DNA of 34,970 nt from a virus (taxonomy: Duplodnaviria > Caudoviricetes). This document shows, piece by piece, positions 28,764-34,970 of the stretch. The first letter of the stretch is position 1, and the number at the start of each line of letters is the position of its first letter. The stretch is from positions 1-34,970 of IMG/VR virus record IMGVR_UViG_3300027733_001072; one strand, 5' to 3'. Under the pieces are notes generated by a model. It saw only the letters and a program-made list of their open reading frames with translations, did no database searches and had not been told where the DNA came from. Position numbers and translations under genes: made by a program.

Positions 28764-30563
28764 ATGACAAATACAATGAAAACTGGATGGATTGCTGCAA
28801 TTACAAGAGGTCATAACGCAGGGGTGTGTTTATTAAAAGACGGAGAAATTGTCTTTAGTATAGAAGAAGAACGATTAACTCGCCAAAAATATGACGGCGG
28901 CCCGTTTGCAACAATGCTTAAGATTTTAGATTATACTAAAACTTTAGATTTATTAGTTATTGCACATACTACTCCAAAAGAAACTGCAGGTCGAATTGAC
29001 TTTAGTGGTGAAGATCTATACACCGGATTTGCTCGTAAATTAGGGTTAATTGACCGTAAAGGTGATAGATTTAATCATCCGCAAGTACTTGACCTTAGTC
29101 ACGTTCATCATAAACTACATGCAGCATGTGCGTTTTACCGATCTGGATTTGACACTGCAGTTGCAGTAATTGTCGACGGTGCCGGTACCTTTATTGAATT
29201 ACACAATAATAACGAAACAATAACTGGGTGGGAAACTGAATCTATTTTTGAATGCGAATACCCAGCATCGTTTACTACAAAATATAAACATATTGGAATT
29301 CGAGAGCCAATGGCAGGTGCTGTTATTAAAAATTATCCAGGCAATCTGTACGGTGAACACACTACGCACGATGCCAGAATTGGCGACCATGCCGGTATTG
29401 TTAAAGTATACGAAGCTGTTACTGAGTACTGCGGGTTTACAGCAATTGAAGCTGGTAAGACTATGGGATTGTTTCCATACGGAGAACCAACTGATAAAAT
29501 CCCGCCATTATTTGACACAACAGGAACTTATGTTAGTTCTAACAGAAACTTAATCGTTCCGAGATATCCAAATGGTGCAGTTATAAATGCAAACTTATAT
29601 GAATACTTATCTGATAACAATGATGCAGATCTTAGTACATTATCTAATCGTAGAGATTTAGCGCATGCATGTCAGACTCAAACACAAGAACAAGTTTTGC
29701 AATTAATTTTGCGTGCGGTTGAGATATCAGGAAATAACAATGTAGTGTTAAGTGGTGGTTACGGATTAAATTGCGTAGCAAACTATTTTTATTTAGACGC
29801 ATTAAAAGATAAAGGTGTTAATTTATATGTAGAACCGATTAGTAACGATGCTGGCACTGCTATCGGTGCTGCTATGATTGCATATCGAACTACTACTAAC
29901 GATTCTAATATTACTACATTTACAGATAATTTATATTTAGGAATTGATTATGATTATACGTTAGCAGATATCGAAGAAGTGTGTGCGTTATACGATGCTG
30001 AATATACTGATGCATCGCATACTGAAGTTGTAGACCTACTTAGAAACAAAAATATTGTAGCAATGTTTCAGGGACGCAGCGAAAACGGACCACGTGCATT
30101 GGGTAATCGATCGTTGTTATTTGATCCAACATACAAAGATGGTAAAGATTTTGTTAATGCTGTTAAGCATCGAGAGTACTTTAGACCGTTTGCTGGAACT
30201 ATTTTAAAAGATTATGTACATGATTGGTTTGATCTTAAAGGGTTAGATGAAAGTCCAAGCATGATGTATGCAGTAAATTGCCAGCCCGGTGTTGCTGAAA
30301 AAGTACCAAGTATTATCCATGTTGATGGCACTTGTCGTATTCAAACAATTACGTTAGAACAAAATACAAACTTCTATGAATTAATTACTGAATTTTATAA
30401 AGCATCTGGCATTCCTATTTTATTTAATACCAGTTTTAACTTAGGAGGAGACCCATTAGTTGAAACGTTGCAAGATGCAGTCGAAACGTTAGCACGTAGC
30501 GAGATCGAATATTTGTATCTTCCAGAATATGGAAAATTAATTAGAATTCTTAATGAAGGTTAA
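28764..30563 (+). CDS. Carbamoyltransferase, NodU/CmcH/TobZ family
   Basis: EEERLTR.K, HHKLHAACAF, VDGAG, EAGKTMGL, SGGYGLNCVAN, DAGTAIGAA, GRSENGPRALGNRS, KHREYFRPFA, HVDGTCRIQT, NTSFN. Confidence 0.95.
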   Translation: MTNTMKTGWIAAITRGHNAGVCLLKDGEIVFSIEEERLTRQKYDGGPFATMLKILDYTKTLDLLVIAHTTPKETAGRIDFSGEDLYTGFARKLGLIDRKGDRFNHPQVLDLSHVHHKLHAACAFYRSGFDTAVAVIVDGAGTFIELHNNNETITGWETESIFECEYPASFTTKYKHIGIREPMAGAVIKNYPGNLYGEHTTHDARIGDHAGIVKVYEAVTEYCGFTAIEAGKTMGLFPYGEPTDKIPPLFDTTGTYVSSNRNLIVPRYPNGAVINANLYEYLSDNNDADLSTLSNRRDLAHACQTQTQEQVLQLILRAVEISGNNNVVLSGGYGLNCVANYFYLDALKDKGVNLYVEPISNDAGTAIGAAMIAYRTTTNDSNITTFTDNLYLGIDYDYTLADIEEVCALYDAEYTDASHTEVVDLLRNKNIVAMFQGRSENGPRALGNRSLLFDPTYKDGKDFVNAVKHREYFRPFAGTILKDYVHDWFDLKGLDESPSMMYAVNCQPGVAEKVPSIIHVDGTCRIQTITLEQNTNFYELITEFYKASGIPILFNTSFNLGGDPLVETLQDAVETLARSEIEYLYLPEYGKLIRILNEG

Positions 30564-30564
30564 T

Positions 30565-31389
30565 ATGAGTACTATAAGATTTGCCGGAGCACAAATTCCA
30601 TGTACTCCATATATAAACAAAAACATTGTTACTCTTAAAACTGCAATTGACTGGGCAGCAGATAACAAAGTTGATTACTTAGTGACGCCAGAGGCGTCAC
30701 TAAGTGGGTACACGGTCGAGTTTGCTAATAACTTAGAATGTTTACAATCAGCACTTCGTGAAATAGAATCATATGCTGCAGAAAAAAATGTCGGATTATG
30801 TTTAGGAACATTATGGGTAGAACATGGGCCTCCTGGTACTGAACATGTATCTGTTAAACGCAATCAGATTAGATATTATGCGCCCGATGGTACATACCTT
30901 GGTGCAACTAATAAAACTGTGTTGTCGCCACTTGATCTTGAAATTGGCATTGAACACAGTAACATACATACTGGTATTATACTATCGTATAATGATAAAG
31001 TGATACCAATTGCTGGTATTATTTGTGCAGACTTATACGGATATCACGGATATAACGGCGGGCTACCTGAAGAATTTTTTAAAATGGGAGCAACCTTATT
31101 AATACATTCTACTAATGCAGAACGTGGCATTGATGAGTTTAGAGATGAAATTGACAACATGTGGATTGAAAGTAATCTTCGTCGAGTGTCGTATATGTTA
31201 TTACCAGTAATTGTAGCAGATAATTGTTATATGATGGATGGGACTGAATATCATAATCAAACGTCGTCTCAGAGCGGAGTTACTATAAAAGGAGAATGGG
31301 TTGTTAAAGTTCCAAGAACTAACACCCATTACTTTTATTATGATTTCAATGAAGACGATTTAACACAACCGATAGAGCGATATAAATGA
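30565..31389 (+). CDS. Nitrilase / carbon-nitrogen hydrolase family protein 1
   Basis: Triad E (VTPEASLSGY), K (TNKT), C (GIICADL). Start moved from 30553 to 30565 based on the GAAGGT SD and alignment with its paralog. Confidence 0.85.
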   Translation: MSTIRFAGAQIPCTPYINKNIVTLKTAIDWAADNKVDYLVTPEASLSGYTVEFANNLECLQSALREIESYAAEKNVGLCLGTLWVEHGPPGTEHVSVKRNQIRYYAPDGTYLGATNKTVLSPLDLEIGIEHSNIHTGIILSYNDKVIPIAGIICADLYGYHGYNGGLPEEFFKMGATLLIHSTNAERGIDEFRDEIDNMWIESNLRRVSYMLLPVIVADNCYMMDGTEYHNQTSSQSGVTIKGEWVVKVPRTNTHYFYYDFNEDDLTQPIERYK

Positions 31390-32246
31390 AAACAAATATA
31401 CGATTTGCCGGAGCACAAATTCCGTGTACTCAACATATAGCACAAAATGTTAGTACTATTAAGGCTGCAATAGACTGGGCAGCTGATAATACAGTTGATT
31501 ATTTAGTAACTCCAGAAGGTTCACTAAGTGGTTATAATTACAATTTTTCTATAGAAAATTATGAGCTAATATCGGCACTTGCTGAAATTGAGCAATACGC
31601 AGCTAATAAAAATGTAGGTTTGTGCTTAGGTACATTATGGGATGAATTGGAATTTAATGGTAGGATACGTCGAAATCAAATTAGATTCTATAAAAATGAT
31701 GGAAAATTTTTAGGAATAGTAAACAAACATATAACAATTGAGCAAGACGAAATCGCAAACGTAATTTCTGACAATAATACGTTGTTAATAGGGTTACTAA
31801 TTAACAATCAAATTATACCCGCCGGCGGATTAATATGTGTAGACATGTACGGTACTCCTGATCGAAAAAGTATACCAACAGAACTTTCATTAATGGGTGC
31901 AAGAATATTAATTCATGCTACTAACGGCAATCGTAATAACTGGCAGTACGACCGATCAAAAACAGAGTTAGCGGATAATATTTCAAACGATTGGCATGAC
32001 ATATGTATGCGGAGAACTTCGTTTTTAAGGAATCTTCCTATAATAACAGTTGACAACTGTTATATGTGTGACGGTACTGAATATCATGGTAGAACGTCAA
32101 GCGAAAGTGGTGTGATAATTGGCGGAGAATGGGTTACTCAAGTGCCAAGAACTGGCACTCAGTATTTTTATTATGATTTTGATGTAGATACATTAGCAAT
32201 TGATATGCCACCTCCACCGTTAGAGAGAATCGATAATGTCGATTAA
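31386..32246 (+). CDS. Nitrilase / carbon-nitrogen hydrolase family protein 2
   Basis: Triad E (VTPEGSLSGY), K (VNKH), C (GLICVDM); ATGA overlap with paralog 1. Confidence 0.85.
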   Translation: MKTNIRFAGAQIPCTQHIAQNVSTIKAAIDWAADNTVDYLVTPEGSLSGYNYNFSIENYELISALAEIEQYAANKNVGLCLGTLWDELEFNGRIRRNQIRFYKNDGKFLGIVNKHITIEQDEIANVISDNNTLLIGLLINNQIIPAGGLICVDMYGTPDRKSIPTELSLMGARILIHATNGNRNNWQYDRSKTELADNISNDWHDICMRRTSFLRNLPIITVDNCYMCDGTEYHGRTSSESGVIIGGEWVTQVPRTGTQYFYYDFDVDTLAIDMPPPPLERIDNVD

Positions 32247-32669
32247 CGTTTGAATCTTAGTTTGAATAACTTTGTTACGCAAACTAAGATTTAAGCCTCG
32301 GTGTATAGGTTTAGGAAGAACGTTGATATCAAACCAACCCCAAGCAATATGTTCATCGCTTAATGTTGGTACAAACTCGTTCTCAACTAAACAAAAATAT
32401 GTATGAAAATTAAAGACACTATCGTTAGATACAAACTTTTCTAACGGTAGTGTTTTTTTAATGTCTGGAAGAAATCCAATTTCTTCTTCAATTTCTCTTG
32501 TAAGACCTTGCCACGGATTTTCGTTAACAAGGTTAGTTCCGCCTACTAACCCCCAAGTTCCTTGATGTTTACCTGAAGACTTTTGTATCAGTAAGAAGCG
32601 GTGTGTAGCACGAGAATACATTAACGCACCACTACATATAATTTGATCTTTTACAGTTCCAATCGCCAT
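32220..32669 (-). CDS. Nudix hydrolase
   Basis: Nudix box GGTNLVNENPWQGLTREIEEEIG; EH..WGWF...LP.P.H. Confidence 0.9.
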   Translation of the reverse strand: MAIGTVKDQIICSGALMYSRATHRFLLIQKSSGKHQGTWGLVGGTNLVNENPWQGLTREIEEEIGFLPDIKKTLPLEKFVSNDSVFNFHTYFCLVENEFVPTLSDEHIAWGWFDINVLPKPIHRGLNLSLRNKVIQTKIQTLIDIIDSL

Positions 32670-34126
32670 TTACCCACCTTATAAATTCCTTCAAAACTCT
32701 TAACCCATGCAACTCCATTCCACCTGTATTGTATACCTGTGTACGTGTTAGTTTGCCAAATTATAGTATCAAATTCATTTTGAGAATCAAAAATTACGTT
32801 CCATCTAGTTCCAGACCATTCAATAATATCATTTGCATGTGCAACTAACTCGGCGTCGTTAATACCTTTCCATGCATCTGCACCGTCTTCGTTTACAATA
32901 CTTCCAATATCTTCTATTAACAAATATCTTAATCCAATTGAAGGTAGTTGATCAGTTCCTTTGTTTAACGGATCACGCGGATTATGTGTTAACGGATTTA
33001 TGATTGCATCAAACGACCCTGGACTATTTGATCTATTATTGTTTGGATTATACGCAACATCAGTATCTAAGTTTCCAACACTGTCAATTCCTGTATTTGA
33101 ATTGAGCGTATCTCTATCCCAATTTACATGTAAAATTGTTTCATCAAACTCGTCTGTAGACACAGTACCGTTAATTTCAATTCCGTTGTCTTGAATTAAG
33201 AATACTCTACTTACTCCTGAAATAAACTTATCAGGGAACATATCTAATAACTGCGGCCACTTTAATGGCGGCGATGCGGGCTCTGGCATATCGTACGATG
33301 TATTGTTGTTTAAATCGGATACATTAGAATCATATAACGTTAATTGACTGTTATATGCTTCAATTGTAAAATCTTCTAACACAGTAACTATTTCAGTTAG
33401 TAATGTTGACGGCTGATTATCTGCAACATCGTAGTCAGACCCAAATCCTGAAATATACGGTGAATTTGCATCGTGTATACCTGTAATAATTTTTGTAATA
33501 ACGCCAAGCTGTTTAACTTTTACTGGAGGACTAATCCATATTGGAGTATCAACTGTTAGCGTACCAATGTCAATTGGTGTATCAGTACCAACAGGCACTG
33601 CCTTACTTGACCAATTGATGCTAGTTAAATTTAATACAGTTATACTAGTCCAATCTACATAATTGTCAGTAGTTTGTAGTTCTATACTTGGATTAAAGAA
33701 CATTAAAATCTGTTCCATAATTTGTAATTTTTGGTCAGTATTTGCAGTCCATATATCAACTTTCATAGTTAATTTAAAAGGAGTTGGCATTAACCGTTCA
33801 ATTGTATAATTACGACCTGGTCCGGAATTATATTCAGATCCAACTATATCCCGTTCTCTAATATTCTTTTTACTAACAAATGTTGAATCTGATAGTCGAT
33901 CTTTGTCTAATTCTAATCCATGGATGTAAACACTAATTCGTGGTATTGAATTAACTGTATTCTCTGAATTTTGTCTAATTATAGTTGCAGCTTGTCTATC
34001 AGCATCGCCATACGCTACTGGTATACGATGCAATGTGCCGTCACTGTATCTTACAGTAAATTCACTAAAAAATCTAATTGTCTGTGTGACGTACCGTCTT
34101 ATGGCACCGTCATAAAAATGTTGCAT
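32651..34126 (-). CDS. T4 gp15-like tail terminator / tail completion protein with C-terminal extension
   Basis: HFYD..IRRY......F, RIPVAYG, PRIS, MPTPFKL...DIW..N.DQ.LQIMEQIL.FFNP; AGGAG SD. Confidence 0.75.
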   Translation of the reverse strand: MQHFYDGAIRRYVTQTIRFFSEFTVRYSDGTLHRIPVAYGDADRQAATIIRQNSENTVNSIPRISVYIHGLELDKDRLSDSTFVSKKNIRERDIVGSEYNSGPGRNYTIERLMPTPFKLTMKVDIWTANTDQKLQIMEQILMFFNPSIELQTTDNYVDWTSITVLNLTSINWSSKAVPVGTDTPIDIGTLTVDTPIWISPPVKVKQLGVITKIITGIHDANSPYISGFGSDYDVADNQPSTLLTEIVTVLEDFTIEAYNSQLTLYDSNVSDLNNNTSYDMPEPASPPLKWPQLLDMFPDKFISGVSRVFLIQDNGIEINGTVSTDEFDETILHVNWDRDTLNSNTGIDSVGNLDTDVAYNPNNNRSNSPGSFDAIINPLTHNPRDPLNKGTDQLPSIGLRYLLIEDIGSIVNEDGADAWKGINDAELVAHANDIIEWSGTRWNVIFDSQNEFDTIIWQTNTYTGIQYRWNGVAWVKSFEGIYKVGKWRLEL

Positions 34127-34143
34127 ACATTCTCCTGTTCCAG

Positions 34144-34151
34144 TATTTATT
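34144..34151 (-). promoter_or_regulatory. Late-promoter-like AATAAATA (minus strand)
   Basis: TATTTATT on +, intergenic, upstream of the AGGAG SD of the gp15-like gene. Confidence 0.55.
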
Positions 34152-34162
34152 GCAGTATAAAA

Positions 34163-34970
34163 TTACAAATCTGCTTTTGGTTTAAGTGCCGTTGATAAAC
34201 TTTGACGTTCTGATTCTCTATGATTATACAAACTAACTCGCCATGCACCACTATACGGTATTACAACTTGCTCATCATTTACAATAGGTAAGTTAATTTT
34301 AATCTTTGCAACGCCATCTACATCATACGACTCGACTATATTAGTATATTCTGCAACCGCAAAGTCTAATCTAACAGTTTCTAATTTTAATACAACATAA
34401 ATTGCAGGAATACTAAAATCAATATTTGTATTAATTACCGCTGCATCGTTAGTTAATCGTACATAATCAGTACCAACTTCGTCTGTGTACATAAATTTAG
34501 TATTGTTAACAAAACTAGTTTTTAATGTTTGTCTAGTATCGGTATTAGTCATAGTCATGCGTACATTATCTTCAACCTTTAACCATCGTTGGCCATTAAA
34601 CTTAAATAATCTGTTTGGTAAAAAGTCAAGTCTTAAAAAGTAATCATCTTTTGCAACTTCTTGCGGAAAACGAATCCCTTGTCCAAATACATAGCCATTT
34701 GGTGGAAATCCGTCACCGAACAAATAACCAGTATACCCGGTGCGCAATGGCATTGCATTACGACTAGATGCGTTTAAATTTGTTAAACCGTCAATTACTT
34801 GACCAGAATGACTTGCAGTAATTTCGTCTGAATCTACTGTAGTTAACAGTGCATGACCTGTATCGGGATCAATTGCTAATGTATAGAAATGTCTAACTTG
34901 AAATCCGCTCATTGGAGAATCAAGTTCTGCTTGTTTTACAATTGCATCGCTAATTTCAAGTTCTTTAGTT
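34163..34970 (-). CDS. C-terminal part of a probable neck protein (T4 gp14-like), 5'-truncated by the window
   Basis: The frame stays open upstream of 34912 to the edge (TKELEISDAIVKQAELDSPMSGF...). The product call rests mainly on position immediately upstream of the gp15-like gene. Confidence 0.5.
   Translation of the reverse strand, partial: TKELEISDAIVKQAELDSPMSGFQVRHFYTLAIDPDTGHALLTTVDSDEITASHSGQVIDGLTNLNASSRNAMPLRTGYTGYLFGDGFPPNGYVFGQGIRFPQEVAKDDYFLRLDFLPNRLFKFNGQRWLKVEDNVRMTMTNTDTRQTLKTSFVNNTKFMYTDEVGTDYVRLTNDAAVINTNIDFSIPAIYVVLKLETVRLDFAVAEYTNIVESYDVDGVAKIKINLPIVNDEQVVIPYSGAWRVSLYNHRESERQSLSTALKPKADL

Noticed and set aside
28764-30563. Carbamoyltransferase as a DNA 5-hydroxymethylcytosine-modifying enzyme
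   Set aside because: Known for some phage homologs, but no thymidylate-synthase-like, kinase or polymerase genes are nearby and the context is virion/glycosyltransferase. Not excluded, only deprioritised.
63-34195. Many short antisense or alternate-frame ORFs (e.g. 7411..7785, 19369..19785, 23825..24256, 26963..27289)
   Set aside because: They are shadows of long genes with biased codon usage, with no recognisable motifs.
1-34970. Stop-codon recoding or selenocysteine use
   Set aside because: All genes, including the 8-11 kb and Cys-rich ones, are intact in the standard code. The absence of TAG stops among the called genes is unremarkable at this AT content.
1-34970. CRISPR arrays, tRNA/rRNA genes, IS elements, introns or inteins
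   Set aside because: No regularly spaced repeats, cloverleaf, transposase, homing endonuclease or intein motifs were seen; intergenic gaps are at most about 110 bp.

Overview
AT-rich, gene-dense segment of a large T4-like myovirus (probably a jumbo phage; inferred from gene content and from TATAAATA/nATAAATA late-promoter motifs). The + strand (1-32246) begins with two paralogous DUF6065-like genes and small virion genes. Two giant paralogous virion/fibre proteins follow (2671 and 3688 aa), built from CBM5/12-like repeats, a split beta-helix, helical RD..YD..GGN repeats and Asp-box propellers, and then small baseplate/fibre proteins. Next come two ~12% cysteine, glycine-rich adhesin-like proteins and a His-rich tail-fibre-chaperone-like protein with a C-terminal Ig/VCBS-like domain. 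An enzyme block lies directly downstream: a degenerate GmhB-like HAD protein, radical SAM/SPASM, GT9-like glycosyltransferase, NodU/CmcH carbamoyltransferase and two nitrilase-family paralogs. The - strand (32220-34970) carries a Nudix hydrolase, a gp15-like tail terminator and a partial gp14-like neck protein. The leading hypothesis is a phage-encoded system that post-translationally tailors (glycosylates, carbamoylates and/or crosslinks) its own Cys-rich receptor-binding proteins. All family calls are from motif recognition by eye; no database search was run. No tRNA, rRNA, CRISPR array or mobile element was seen.
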